From assembly GCA_021205365.1 (NCBI GenBank), contig JAJPXP010000049.1, positions 11,495 to 75,494 of the forward strand: a stretch of DNA of 64,000 nt. Reading direction: 5' to 3'. Origin of the DNA: Clostridia bacterium. GTDB taxonomy: Bacteria > Bacillota > Clostridia > Oscillospirales > Butyricicoccaceae. This document shows positions 46,397 to 56,730 of the stretch, piece by piece. The stretch's first letter is position 1; every line of letters begins with the position of its first letter. The position numbers and the translations under genes were made by a program. Under the pieces are notes generated by a model, which saw nothing but the letters and a program-made list of their open reading frames with translations, had not been told where the DNA came from and ran no database searches.

Positions 46397-47332
46397 TCAA
46401 CGGGCAAAGAATCCAAAGCCTTCCGGCATCGGTTCTGCAATGCTCGGTACACCAACCAGATTCTTCTCAATGATTTCTCTGGTACGAACGCCGTCAGAGA
46501 TTGCTCTCTCCGGGAAGCCCAGCGGATTGAAGGTTGCAATGGTGTCTTCCTGCTCATTGAAGCCGATTTCACGCAGCGTCTTGAAGATGCGGTCAAAATC
46601 AACATCACCTTCCCCCAGATGTCCGATGTGCGCATGGCAGCGCACGGTGCCATCTGCATACAGCGGGGATGGGTTGATATTGTAGCGGAACAGCTTGGTA
46701 TAATTATAGGTATCTGCAAACAGGACATGCTTGAGATGCTTGCGTGCATATTTCAAATTGTGCTCAATATCGCCCTTGCCGCCATCATAGTGGAAGGTGT
46801 GCGGAATGGAGTACAGATATCCCAGAGATGGGCTGTCGTAGTAGCGGATGATGTCGTAGGCATCGTTGTTATGCTCATAAAAGTCATCCGGATGTGCCTG
46901 AATGTCCAGACGGATTCCCTTTTCTTCCATAATCGGAACCAGAACATCAAGCGAACGCATCAGCTTGGCTTCACACAGCTCCGGATTGCTTCTGCCCGGT
47001 CCAAGCTCGGTATTGAATACATGGATATCCATCAGCTCACCGATCTCAAACATGCGCTTCCAGCAGTCAACTGCATACTCACGGACAAATTCATCCGGGT
47101 CCTGCCAATGGAAACCGGTGGTCAGGGATGCAATTTTCAGCCCCGCATCTGCGATTGCTTTCTTATGCCACAAAACCTCCTCATTGGTAGCCTTCGGACG
47201 CTTCCAGAAGCCCGGAAAGTCTGCGTTATACGGATTGATGTACTCATAGCCTGCACGTGCAACCACATCGTACTGCTCTTCATAGGTCATGCCGGTATCC
47301 CAGAATGCACTTCCATCAAATGCGATTTTCAT
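46397..47332 (-). CDS. Sugar phosphate isomerase/epimerase (xylose-isomerase-like TIM barrel)
   Basis: AP-endonuclease-2/TIM-barrel pattern (ARAGYEYINP..VFNTELGPG..LDIQAHPDDF). 311 aa. Confidence 0.7.
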   Translation of the reverse strand: MKIAFDGSAFWDTGMTYEEQYDVVARAGYEYINPYNADFPGFWKRPKATNEEVLWHKKAIADAGLKIASLTTGFHWQDPDEFVREYAVDCWKRMFEIGELMDIHVFNTELGPGRSNPELCEAKLMRSLDVLVPIMEEKGIRLDIQAHPDDFYEHNNDAYDIIRYYDSPSLGYLYSIPHTFHYDGGKGDIEHNLKYARKHLKHVLFADTYNYTKLFRYNINPSPLYADGTVRCHAHIGHLGEGDVDFDRIFKTLREIGFNEQEDTIATFNPLGFPERAISDGVRTREIIEKNLVGVPSIAEPMPEGFGFFAR

Positions 47333-47388
47333 AGTAGTGTCCTCCTTAAATCTTTATTTTCTTCACGTTTTATATTGTATGCTTTTCA

Positions 47389-48387
47389 TCAGGAAAGCAT
47401 GGTCTCCTTGAGGAATCTTGCAGATTTCTGGATTGCAACCAGATTATTCGGCATAGACGGATCTTCTACTTCAATGGATACCGGGCCGTGATAATCCCCC
47501 ATTGCCAGTGTTGCAAAAAATTCCTTCCACCACAGGTGGTCATGTCCATAGCCAACTGCTACATAGTTCCATACGCGGTCAATCGCTGGCCCATTGTATG
47601 TACCCAGCTCGAAGCATTCCAGCCCCTTAATATGTCCATTCAGACGGGTATCCTTGCCATGTACATGGTAAATTGCCTTTTCTTCGCACAGCTTACGCGC
47701 AATCATCATCGGATCGCCGCCCATAAAGAACAGGTGGCTCGGATCAAGGTTCAGGCCGATGATATCGCCAACCGCATTGCGCAGCTTCATGAGTGTGCTG
47801 ACATTGAACACCATGTTCATCGGATGGTTTTCCAGTGCGATAGTCTTCACACCACACTCCTTTGCCAGATCGGCTGCCTTACTCCAGAAATCAATGGTGA
47901 CTTCCCACTGATACTTGAGGACATCCATCATTTCCGGCGGATAGGTATGCAGCACCCAGTTCAGCGTTTCATCATTTGGGCTGCCCGCCGGAAGACCAGA
48001 CTGGGAAACGACATGTTCAACACCCAGCAGCTCCGCCAGACGGAAGGTATTCATGACATCCGGTGCATGGCTTGCCCAGCGTTCACCTGGACCGACTGCA
48101 TTTGCGGAGCAGTTCAGTGCACAAATTTTCAGACCGCGGCTTTCAATCGCATTCAGGTATTCTTTCCGTGCTTCTTTGCTATGCAGCAGCTTATCCATAT
48201 CGAGATGCGGCGCACAGGAATAACCGCCTGTACCAAGCTCTAAAACCTCAATCCCCATCTCACAAGCCATATCCAGTACCTGCTCAAACGGCATATCTGG
48301 AAGTCCATCGGTAAACAGACCCAATTTCATCGGATTCGGGTTAAAGGAAGCCACCGGCATATCAAAATCCTTAGGAGCAATGCTCAT
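47389..48387 (-). CDS. Sugar phosphate isomerase/epimerase (TIM barrel) paralogue
   Basis: Pattern MGIEVLELGTGGY..IALENHPM..GLNLDPSHLFFMGGD. 332 aa. Confidence 0.7.
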   Translation of the reverse strand: MSIAPKDFDMPVASFNPNPMKLGLFTDGLPDMPFEQVLDMACEMGIEVLELGTGGYSCAPHLDMDKLLHSKEARKEYLNAIESRGLKICALNCSANAVGPGERWASHAPDVMNTFRLAELLGVEHVVSQSGLPAGSPNDETLNWVLHTYPPEMMDVLKYQWEVTIDFWSKAADLAKECGVKTIALENHPMNMVFNVSTLMKLRNAVGDIIGLNLDPSHLFFMGGDPMMIARKLCEEKAIYHVHGKDTRLNGHIKGLECFELGTYNGPAIDRVWNYVAVGYGHDHLWWKEFFATLAMGDYHGPVSIEVEDPSMPNNLVAIQKSARFLKETMLS

Positions 48388-48402
48388 GTGAATCCTCCTC
48401 TC

Positions 48403-49560
48403 TTAAAAATCAACCCATACGCCGCCGTGATCACCGGACTCTGCGCACTTTTCAACCCACTTGACACCCAGCACACCGGCATGAATGCCCGGATACCAGA
48501 AGTCAATTTCCTCGCCCTCTTCGTTCTTATCGATTGCCTTTGCAAACTTGGTATACAGGTTCGACCAAGACTCAAACAGGCCTTCCGGATGTCCGCCGCC
48601 GATGCGGTCATCTGCCAGTGCTTCGGAATATAGATAGCCTGCGCCGCGCTGCATCACACTCTGTGCATTGCCCTGTACCTCATAAGCGAGCTGGTTCGGA
48701 TGTTCGACATCCCACGCGATGGAAGCCTTTTCACCCACAATGCGAAAGCGTGCGCCAAACTCAGAGCCTGCATTCACACAGCTGGACCAGATATAACCGA
48801 TTGCACCATTATCGTATTCCTGAATGGTCATTGCGTTGTCCTCTAGCTGTCTGCCTTCGACAAAGGACTGCTTGGAGCACATCAGCCGCTTGATCTTCAG
48901 CTCCGGCACAATCGCTTCGGACAGATACAGCATATGGGTTCCGACATCGCCCAGTACATATGCCGGGCCAGCCTTCTTCGGGTCAACGCGCCATGCAGTC
49001 GCGCCGTTTTTCTTTTCTACCGCTACATTATGTGCACCGTGTGCAAACTGCATGTTGATGATGCGGATTTTTCCGAGATCACCGCGTTCCACCATCTGGC
49101 GAGCCTGCTCAATCATCTGATGGCCGCAGTAGCCATAAGAAATAAACATTACCTTGCCAGACTTCTTTACCAGAGCTTCCAGTTCCTCCGCCTGCTCGGT
49201 CGTGAAGCACAGCGGCTTTTCACAGTATACATGCAAGCCAGCTTCCAGCGCTGCCTTTGCAATTTCATAATGGGTAAAGTTCGGGGTTGCGATGGAAACA
49301 GCCTGTACGCCATCTTCCCGCTTTGCTTCCTCTTCAATCAGTGTCTTATAATCAGGATAGCAGCGTTCCGGATCGACATGGCAGTTTACACCAAAATCCT
49401 TGCCGCGTTCCGGATCGACATCAAATGCGCCTGCTACCAGTTCAAAATTTGCATCACGCAGTGCAGCAGAACGATGGATGTAACCAATCTGGCTGCCTCT
49501 GCCGCCGCCGATCATCGCCCAGCGAATCGGCTGGTCTACAATTTTCTCACCGTTAATCAT
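48403..49560 (-). CDS. Gfo/Idh/MocA family oxidoreductase
   Basis: Rossmann start IRWAMIGGGRGSQIG..ATPNFTHYEIAKAALEAGLHVYCEKP. ATG 49560 is preferred over the track's GTG at 49581. Confidence 0.8.
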   Translation of the reverse strand: MINGEKIVDQPIRWAMIGGGRGSQIGYIHRSAALRDANFELVAGAFDVDPERGKDFGVNCHVDPERCYPDYKTLIEEEAKREDGVQAVSIATPNFTHYEIAKAALEAGLHVYCEKPLCFTTEQAEELEALVKKSGKVMFISYGYCGHQMIEQARQMVERGDLGKIRIINMQFAHGAHNVAVEKKNGATAWRVDPKKAGPAYVLGDVGTHMLYLSEAIVPELKIKRLMCSKQSFVEGRQLEDNAMTIQEYDNGAIGYIWSSCVNAGSEFGARFRIVGEKASIAWDVEHPNQLAYEVQGNAQSVMQRGAGYLYSEALADDRIGGGHPEGLFESWSNLYTKFAKAIDKNEEGEEIDFWYPGIHAGVLGVKWVEKCAESGDHGGVWVDF

Positions 49561-49675
49561 TATTTTTGTTACCCTTTCCACATACGATCATTTTTGTGCT
49601 TGTTTTTGCTCTTTATCAGGTTTGTTATTTTTGTTCTGTCTGATTCTTATTATATGGGCAACCGGTATTTTCTGC

Positions 49676-49751
49676 CTGCAAATTCTTGACTTTGTTTTGC
49701 TGGAAAATGCGAAAATTCCAGTTGTTTTTCATAATCAACTGCAAATTCTTG
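49676..49751. promoter_or_regulatory. Direct repeat CTGCAAATTCTTG x2 (63-bp spacing) in the promoter region of the oxidoreductase operon
   Basis: Identical 13-mers at 49676-49688 and 49739-49751, between the AraC gene and the operon start. Confidence 0.4.
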
Positions 49752-49947
49752 CATTTCCTTTCAGCATAAGAAAACCGGTTCCAAATGGAACCGGTTCACA
49801 GTGCATTCGTATCTATAATCTTGTCATATTTCATAGCATCCAGCACGGCAGCTGCATGTTCGGGATAATTCTGCAACCGTCTGCTGCCAAACGAAGCGCT
49901 CTACGCTTTACGCAATACCATCACTGCGCATCTCCTACGTTCTCCCC

Positions 49948-50883
49948 TTATCGATATCGCTGTTTTATAAACTGCTTTGGCGTCATTCCAAACTCACGTT
50001 TAAACAAATGATCAAAATGACCGACACTTCCAAACCCGGAGGCGAGCGCAATATCCATAATACTGAGATTCGTTGTCAGTAGTTGCTGCTTTGCATAGTC
50101 AAGACGGTACATCTGTAAATAATGGTTGGGCGAATCATGTATGCATGCACGGAAGCAGCGCTGCGCCATACTGACACTGACATTCGCTGCCCGTGCAATG
50201 TCTTCCAGCTTAATTGGCTGAGCAAAATTCTGCCAAATGTACTGGAGCATCACGCGCAATCTTGCCTGCAGCATTAAATTTTTATTGACTGTTTCGGATT
50301 GTTCCAGTTCTGGTAAATGCTCTGCCAGCTCTTTCCAGATACTACATAGGGCAATATGAATGGATAGCTCCTGCATAGCGTGTTTTTCACAGCAAATGGA
50401 ACGGATTTCCTCTACGATTCTATTGACTCGTATTTTCCATATATCATCCTGGCGAAAATCAAAATAATATTCGCCAGACTGAAGTACCGGAAGAATATTT
50501 TTTTCATAAATGATTGAATGTGGCGATGCAATCATATCTGTCGAAAACAGGAGGCTGATCCATCTGCCTTTTTCCGAAGAAAGCGCCGGTGGTGCTTCAT
50601 ACCGATGTACGACACTGCTGTTAACGAGGATACAATCCCCTTTTTTCAGCTGTAGTGTCTGTTCACCGATCCGGCATATCATAGCTTCACTTTCCAAAAT
50701 GAGAAACTCCAGTTCCTTATGCCAATGCCATTCCACATAGCTGCGTTGTTTCCATTCACAGGTAATATCGTAATATCGAAATGGAAAAGCCTTTGTTCCA
50801 TGTGATTTGGTTTCCTGCAGCATGCTGTCAATTTTCAGCTGAATAATATCCTCTGTTGTTTCTTTTACCGGTTCATTTGTCAC
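49948..50883 (-). CDS. AraC family transcriptional regulator (cupin + HTH)
   Basis: C-terminus KLEDIARAANVSVSMAQRCFRACIHDSPNHY..IMDIALASGFGSVGHFDHLFKREFGMTPKQF. Confidence 0.85.
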   Translation of the reverse strand: MTNEPVKETTEDIIQLKIDSMLQETKSHGTKAFPFRYYDITCEWKQRSYVEWHWHKELEFLILESEAMICRIGEQTLQLKKGDCILVNSSVVHRYEAPPALSSEKGRWISLLFSTDMIASPHSIIYEKNILPVLQSGEYYFDFRQDDIWKIRVNRIVEEIRSICCEKHAMQELSIHIALCSIWKELAEHLPELEQSETVNKNLMLQARLRVMLQYIWQNFAQPIKLEDIARAANVSVSMAQRCFRACIHDSPNHYLQMYRLDYAKQQLLTTNLSIMDIALASGFGSVGHFDHLFKREFGMTPKQFIKQRYR

Positions 50884-51079
50884 ATTTCAACACCCCTTTC
50901 CATTCCCAGGCTCCGAAGAACATGATACATAGCAGTACATAAAAAATTATACTGCAATTGGGCTGAAAATTACACGATCTGGTTGTATGTTCTCCTGTTA
51001 AAGCACGCTAAGAGCACCGGACAAAGCGTCCGATGCTCTCACAAAATCAATCTAACCCTGTATGTGATGAGATATTATA

Positions 51080-52108
51080 TTACATGTAATCGGCAACATT
51101 ATCAACCGTAACCGGCTCAAACGGAATCCACATAATCGAGTCACTGTAATCCTCACCGTCGTCATCCAGATCATACTGCTCCACGCCCTGATTAATCGGG
51201 TTTCCATTTAACAGGTTATACGCTGCGGTCAGAGCACCAACGCCCTGTCCCTGCGGATTCTGGAATACAGTCATTGCCAATGTGCCATCGACAAGCGCCT
51301 GTGCGCCATCCTTTGTGCAGTCAATGCCGACAATCGGGAAATCGATTTCTACGCCTGCATCCTTGCACGCTTCAATAGCACCCAGTGCCATCGCGTCATT
51401 GTTAGAAATAATGCAATCATAGTCGATAGAAGAGACCAGCGGCTGAACCATTTCCTGTGCAGTCGGACGATCCCAGTCAGCTACCAGCGGAGCCTGTGCT
51501 TGCGTTGCCTTGATCCCGTTGTCTTCCAGTGCACGAATAACACCTGCAGAACGCTTGGTGGTGGAAACATTGCCAAGAGTACCCTGAATCATGATATACT
51601 TGATTTCCTTCTTGCCCTTTGCCTTGAAATACTCTGCCAGATACTCGCCCTGATAGTAACCGGAAGTATCCTCATCAGAGCCAACATAGCACACATTATC
51701 AGCAGCCAGTTCATGCAGATTGGTTGGCGGACGGTTTACGAATACCAGCTTGGATTCACCGGCCGCATCAATCAGGGATTGTGTACCGTCAGCATCAACG
51801 GGCAGGCAGATAACTACTTTTTCACCGCCGTTTACCGCAGTCTCAATGTACTGAATCTGCTTAGCAGCATCGTTCTGTGCATCCTGCGTAACGATCGAGA
51901 AGCCCAAATCTTCCGCATTTGCCTGCATATTGGACTCAATTGTAGACATAAATTCATCACGAGCTGCAATAACGAAGGTCAGCTGTTCCAGATTGCCGTT
52001 GTTAGAAGCCGCAGAACCAGCGTCAGAAGAAGCATTGCCACAGCCTGCCAGCATGCCGGCGCCCATTACGCCCGCCATAAGAAGTGACATGATCTTTTTC
52101 ATTTTCAT
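51080..52108 (-). CDS. Periplasmic-binding-protein type I sugar-binding lipoprotein (ribose/galactose class)
   Basis: Lipobox MLAGCGN. PBP1 pattern FVIAARDEF..NDAMALGAIEA. No permease or ATPase gene is adjacent. Confidence 0.75.
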   Translation of the reverse strand: MKMKKIMSLLMAGVMGAGMLAGCGNASSDAGSAASNNGNLEQLTFVIAARDEFMSTIESNMQANAEDLGFSIVTQDAQNDAAKQIQYIETAVNGGEKVVICLPVDADGTQSLIDAAGESKLVFVNRPPTNLHELAADNVCYVGSDEDTSGYYQGEYLAEYFKAKGKKEIKYIMIQGTLGNVSTTKRSAGVIRALEDNGIKATQAQAPLVADWDRPTAQEMVQPLVSSIDYDCIISNNDAMALGAIEACKDAGVEIDFPIVGIDCTKDGAQALVDGTLAMTVFQNPQGQGVGALTAAYNLLNGNPINQGVEQYDLDDDGEDYSDSIMWIPFEPVTVDNVADYM

Positions 52109-52539
52109 TTTTTACTTACCTCTTTTCTTCTTACTCATACCAAATAGAAGCTGCTGCCGCCTCCCACAGCGGCCTCAGCCCCCAGTATGACTTTTACGAT
52201 AATAAGAACTATTATCTCTGGCCATAATACATCAAAATTGCGAAGAGGAGAGAAACAAATCATTGAAACTCAAAAAATGATCGTTTCTGTTTTCGCAGTC
52301 TGATTATGTATATAGTATATAGGGATTATATCCATATTTCTTACGAGATCTGGTACAAAAAATGTGCAATCTGGTCATCTTTTGTTGTATCCTTCGATTC
52401 GTTTACCTGAAACTGTGCAGATAGCAAACAGGAAAGGTCTTTCTGAAAAATAGTGAAGACCGGGGAATGATTGGATAGAACACAATTTTTCCTGAATGCT
52501 CTCACCAGAAAAGCTCAAAAAATCAAGTGCTCAGGAAGT

Positions 52540-52575
52540 GATGAAAAACGCCTGATTTCAATGAAATCAGGCGTT
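52540..52575 (-). terminator. Intrinsic terminator after nadA (copy 1 of a duplicated terminator)
   Basis: Minus strand reads AACGCCTGATTTC-att-GAAATCAGGCGTTTTTCATC. Confidence 0.8.
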
Positions 52576-52592
52576 CATTTGTTTTTATCAGA

Positions 52593-53507
52593 TCATCCTC
52601 CGAGACGAATCATCTCATCAATGCACTTTTTGGCAGCCATCCGGGTCTGCTCGTCCATCGTAATCTCTTCTCCGCTGTTCCCCCGCAAAGCAGATAAAAC
52701 ATCCACAAGCGTTGTTGCTTTCATATTCGGACAGATCAGTTCCTTTGTTAATGGATAAAACTTTTTCTGTGGGCAGTCATATTGCAGGTGTTCTGCAATA
52801 CTAATTTCCGTGCCAATGATAAATTCATTCGCTGATGCGTTCTTTGCATACTCCATAATCCCACTGGTCGAGCCAACATAATCCGCCTGCTCAAATACCT
52901 CTGGCTGGCATTCCGGATGTACCAACAGCAATGCGTCCGGATGTTGTTCGCGCGCTTTTATCACATCCTGTTGCCTTACCCGGGCATGGATCGGGCAGCC
53001 TCCCTGTAACAGCTTGAACTGCTTTTCAGGCACTTTCTCTGCTACAAATCGTCCCAAATTACAGTCTGGAATAAACAGGATCTTATCCCCCTTCATCTTT
53101 TTAACAATCTTCACTGCAGAGGAAGAGGTTACGCACACATCGCATATGGTCTTCAGTTCGGCAGTGGTATTGATATAGGCGACCACCGTATATTCTGGAT
53201 ACTGTTCTTTTACCGCCGCAATCATATCACGGTCCATCTGCTCTGCCATTGGACATCCGGCAATGGCATTTGCAAGATACACACGCTTTTCAGGTGATAA
53301 TATCTTCACCGTCTCTGCCATGAAGCGGACTCCGCACATCAATACATTTCTATGCGGAACAGTTGCTGCCTTTACACTAAGAGCATAGGAATCCCCTGTA
53401 AAATCTGCAATTTCTGTAATTTCTCTTGCCTGATAGCTGTGGGCAAGAATACAAACATCTTTTTCTTTTTTCAAGCGGAGTATTTCATCCTGAATATCAC
53501 GAATCAT
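52593..53507 (-). CDS. nadA: Quinolinate synthase
   Basis: Motifs ILAHSYQAREITEIADFTGDSYALS, CPMAEQM and the triplicated NadA fold length (304 aa). Confidence 0.88.
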   Translation of the reverse strand: MIRDIQDEILRLKKEKDVCILAHSYQAREITEIADFTGDSYALSVKAATVPHRNVLMCGVRFMAETVKILSPEKRVYLANAIAGCPMAEQMDRDMIAAVKEQYPEYTVVAYINTTAELKTICDVCVTSSSAVKIVKKMKGDKILFIPDCNLGRFVAEKVPEKQFKLLQGGCPIHARVRQQDVIKAREQHPDALLLVHPECQPEVFEQADYVGSTSGIMEYAKNASANEFIIGTEISIAEHLQYDCPQKKFYPLTKELICPNMKATTLVDVLSALRGNSGEEITMDEQTRMAAKKCIDEMIRLGG

Positions 53508-53614
53508 GTCCGTTCTCCTCGTTTGTGTACATAGACAGAACAGACCGAAACTGCATTTTGCAGCTCCAGTCTGCTCTCTTTATATGGTGAATAGTGAATA
53601 GGCAGTAAATTCGA

Positions 53615-53971
53615 TCAATCAAGCGTTCCTGTTGCTACGATGTCTACACCGGTATCACAGATATTTTCAATTAACACATCATATGTCTGAATGGGTGCCT
53701 TTGCCTGATATGTGCGAATTACCTTCATGCAATCCATGACCTTTTCCTTTGGAATCGGCTTTGCGGAACGTACCGGAACCAATGGGTTCTTTTCATTATC
53801 CGTCCTGATTGTCGTGGTCAGGATGCGAACTGGATGTGCAAATTCGGTAGATGCGTATTGCTCTCCACGTTTGCAGGTGAACCCGGTCACAGAAAGGATT
53901 GTATCCCCTTCACCGTCTACAGTGATATGGCAGCCCATCGGGCATACCGTACAAATAATTTCCTTTGTCAT
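53615..53971 (-). CDS. DUF1667-domain protein (third subunit of the clostridial G3P dehydrogenase-like trio)
   Basis: Segment CTVCPMGCHITV..GFTCKRGEQYA. 118 aa. Follows two FAD oxidoreductase genes. Confidence 0.75.
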   Translation of the reverse strand: MTKEIICTVCPMGCHITVDGEGDTILSVTGFTCKRGEQYASTEFAHPVRILTTTIRTDNEKNPLVPVRSAKPIPKEKVMDCMKVIRTYQAKAPIQTYDVLIENICDTGVDIVATGTLD

Positions 53972-53976
53972 GATAT

Positions 53977-55239
53977 TCAGCCCTCCTTGACTACTTCAAC
54001 AGTGACATTTTCATCACATATATCCTTTGTCTGGAATTCAATATGCTCCATCTCACCCGGATTCACACGCGGACGCTTTTTCTTTGCAATGATGGTACCG
54101 CCGGATTTTGCCACGAGCGTCACATCCAACTCCGGCTGCAGTACGCGGAAATACAGGCTGATGGTTTCATTTTTTTCAGAGATGTCAACCGACTGCGGAC
54201 ACAGATAACGTACATTACTGCCGGTTACACTCTGTGCAGTCTTTACTGTCTCAGGCAATGTATTCATAGCATACTGCGCCGCAAATCTGCCCGCTTTCTG
54301 GCTCTCTGTGGTTACATTGTCTACCAGATCGTTTACATGGACAACATTGCCACATGCAAAGATATTCCCTGCTGAGGTCTGCATATACTGGTTTACCTCT
54401 GGGCCGTTGGTAATGCGATTCATTTTGATTTCCGCCTTGCGGGTCAGCTCATTCTCCGGGATCAGGCCGACAGACAGCAGCAGTGTATCACATTCGATGA
54501 ACTGCTCGGTTTCCGGAATCGGCTTCTTCTTCTCATCTACCTTTGCAAAGTGAATCCCTTCGACACGCTGATATCCGTCTATCTTTGTAATCGTATGGGA
54601 TAAATACAGCGGAATACCGAAGTCATCCAGACACTGGACTTTATTTCTGGTCAAACCTGCAAGAAAATCATTCAGTTCGATCACAGCCAGCACCTTTGCG
54701 CCCTCCAGCGTCATACGGCGCGCCATAATCATGCCGATGTCACCGGAACCGAGGATAACAACCTTCTTGCCAACCATTTCATTTTGGCGGTTAACCAATC
54801 TCTGTGCCGAGCCTGCCGTATACACGCCGGCAGGCCGGGAACCCGGAATCATAATATTGGCCCTGGTTCTCTCACGGCATCCCATTGCAAGAATGATGCT
54901 GGATGCAGTTACCTGTGTCATGCCATACTCTTTGTTGACACAAATGACCGCATTGTTTGCATTATCTACCTCCAGAACCATAGAATTCAGCAAAAATTCC
55001 ACTCCAAGCTCAATCGCTTCCTTTGCGAAGCGTCCTGCATATTCCGGACCTGTCAGTTCTTCCTTAAAGTAAGTCAGACCGAAGCCCGGATGGAGGCACT
55101 GCTGCAGGATACCGCCAATGCTCTCATCACGCTCAATAATCAGAACTTTCTTTGCGCCTTCTTTTTTAGCAGCAACGGCTGCGGACAGACCCGCCGGACC
55201 ACCGCCAACGATTGCTACATCACATGTTACGTTGTACAT
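53977..55239 (-). CDS. FAD/NAD(P)-binding pyridine-nucleotide-disulfide-type oxidoreductase
   Basis: Two Rossmann motifs, VAIVGGGPAGLSAA and VVILGSGDIGMIMA. ATG 55239 follows AAGGAG. Confidence 0.8.
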   Translation of the reverse strand: MYNVTCDVAIVGGGPAGLSAAVAAKKEGAKKVLIIERDESIGGILQQCLHPGFGLTYFKEELTGPEYAGRFAKEAIELGVEFLLNSMVLEVDNANNAVICVNKEYGMTQVTASSIILAMGCRERTRANIMIPGSRPAGVYTAGSAQRLVNRQNEMVGKKVVILGSGDIGMIMARRMTLEGAKVLAVIELNDFLAGLTRNKVQCLDDFGIPLYLSHTITKIDGYQRVEGIHFAKVDEKKKPIPETEQFIECDTLLLSVGLIPENELTRKAEIKMNRITNGPEVNQYMQTSAGNIFACGNVVHVNDLVDNVTTESQKAGRFAAQYAMNTLPETVKTAQSVTGSNVRYLCPQSVDISEKNETISLYFRVLQPELDVTLVAKSGGTIIAKKKRPRVNPGEMEHIEFQTKDICDENVTVEVVKEG

Positions 55240-55264
55240 ATCGATACTCCTTCCGCAATGCTGC

Positions 55265-56704
55265 TTACTTGTTTTTCCCGACAATCATATGGGAACCCGG
55301 CAGGTTCTTGTTTACTTCTTCGGTCGGAATGCCAAGCTCTCTGGACAGAATCTCAATCACCTTCGGCCCGCAGAAGCCGCCCTGACAGCGTCCCATTCCG
55401 GCACGCACTCTGCGCTTGACCGCATCGACTGTTCTTGCTCCCAGCGGACGTCGAATCGCATCGACGATCTCGCCCTCTGTAATGGTTTCACAGCGGCATA
55501 TGATCGTGCCATACAGCGGATTGTCCTGAATCAGCTTTTCCTGCTCTTCACGTGACATCTCATGGAAACGTGGGATGCCAGTTCTGGTCGGCTTGAAATC
55601 CTCCTTGAAGGTCATCTGACAGCCGATCTCTTTCAGCTTTTCCACAACATACTTGCCCATGGCAACCGACAAGGTCAGGCCAGTGGAACGCACTCCGGAC
55701 AGGTTGACATAGCCCGCCAGATCGTCATACACATCCACATGCAGCCCTTCCGGATTGCGATTTGGACGCAGTCCACTGTACTGGGTAATCGTATCGCGGA
55801 TATTGACATGCGGGATCATCTTGCTGACATCTGCATAAATGCTGTCCAGCCCTTCTGTTGTCGTAGATACATCAACCTTATTATCCAGATCCTCTGCGGT
55901 CGGTCCTACCAGCATATTGCCGTGGATCGTCGGCGTCATCAATTTGCCCTTGGTGATCTTGGTCGGGATCGGCAGAACGATATTCTGTACCTTACAACTG
56001 GTATTCTTATCCAGAATATAGAACTGGCCCCGGCGTGCAACAACCTTATAATCAGCCTTTCCCACCATTGCAGCAATATCATCACAATGCAGTGCAGCTG
56101 CATTTACAACAAAGGTTGTCTCAATCGAGCCGTTTGTCGTTTCAACAGACTTGATCGCACCATTTTCCACCTTGATATCGACAACCTCGGTGTTCAGCAT
56201 GAAGTCCACACCATTTTCGTTTGCATTCTCAGCCAGGGCCTGCACAAGAATAAACGGATCAATGATGCTCTCACGCGGAATGTACAAGCCTCCCTTGACT
56301 TCCGGATTGAGTTCAGGCTCCTTTTCCAGAATTTCCTCTCTTGTCAGGTACTCAACATCATAAACATGATTCTTAAATGCCTTTTCCTTGATTGCGGGCA
56401 GTTTGTCATACTGCTCTTGCGTAAATGCCGGAAGAATAGCACCGATACGCTTGAATGGAATGTCCAAATCCTTTGCCAGCTTGTCATACATCGGATTTGC
56501 AGCCACAACCAATTGGGATTCCAGTGTTCCCGGCGCTGCATCATAGCCGGTATGAATGATCGCACTGTTCGACTTGGAAGCGTCACCTCCGATATCATCG
56601 CGCTTATCTACAACAACAACTTTTACCTGATATTTCGACAGCTCTCTTGCAATAGCGCATCCTACTGCGCCTGCGCCAATAATAACAACATCTGTTTTTA
56701 CCAT
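55265..56704 (-). CDS. FAD-dependent glycerol-3-phosphate dehydrogenase-like oxidoreductase with BFD-type [2Fe-2S] domain
   Basis: Motif VVIIGAGAVGCAIA. C-terminus ICRCETITEGEIVDAI..GMGRCQGGFCGP. ATG 56704 follows GGAGG. Confidence 0.8.
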   Translation of the reverse strand: MVKTDVVIIGAGAVGCAIARELSKYQVKVVVVDKRDDIGGDASKSNSAIIHTGYDAAPGTLESQLVVAANPMYDKLAKDLDIPFKRIGAILPAFTQEQYDKLPAIKEKAFKNHVYDVEYLTREEILEKEPELNPEVKGGLYIPRESIIDPFILVQALAENANENGVDFMLNTEVVDIKVENGAIKSVETTNGSIETTFVVNAAALHCDDIAAMVGKADYKVVARRGQFYILDKNTSCKVQNIVLPIPTKITKGKLMTPTIHGNMLVGPTAEDLDNKVDVSTTTEGLDSIYADVSKMIPHVNIRDTITQYSGLRPNRNPEGLHVDVYDDLAGYVNLSGVRSTGLTLSVAMGKYVVEKLKEIGCQMTFKEDFKPTRTGIPRFHEMSREEQEKLIQDNPLYGTIICRCETITEGEIVDAIRRPLGARTVDAVKRRVRAGMGRCQGGFCGPKVIEILSRELGIPTEEVNKNLPGSHMIVGKNK

Positions 56705-56730
56705 GGCCTGATTCCTCCATCCCAAGTTTA

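Noticed and set aside
49800-49947. Protein-like minus-strand reading ..NYPEHAAAVLDAMKYDKIIDTNAL-stop, just after the AraC gene.
   Set aside because: It has no start codon or SD and is only about 30 codons past an in-frame stop. It is possibly a gene remnant, but the evidence is insufficient.
53508-53614. Possible NAD+ riboswitch (nadA motif) upstream of nadA.
   Set aside because: The spacer forms one long imperfect hairpin. It lacks the tandem-domain architecture and the conserved CAACCCC-type core that I associate with the nadA motif.
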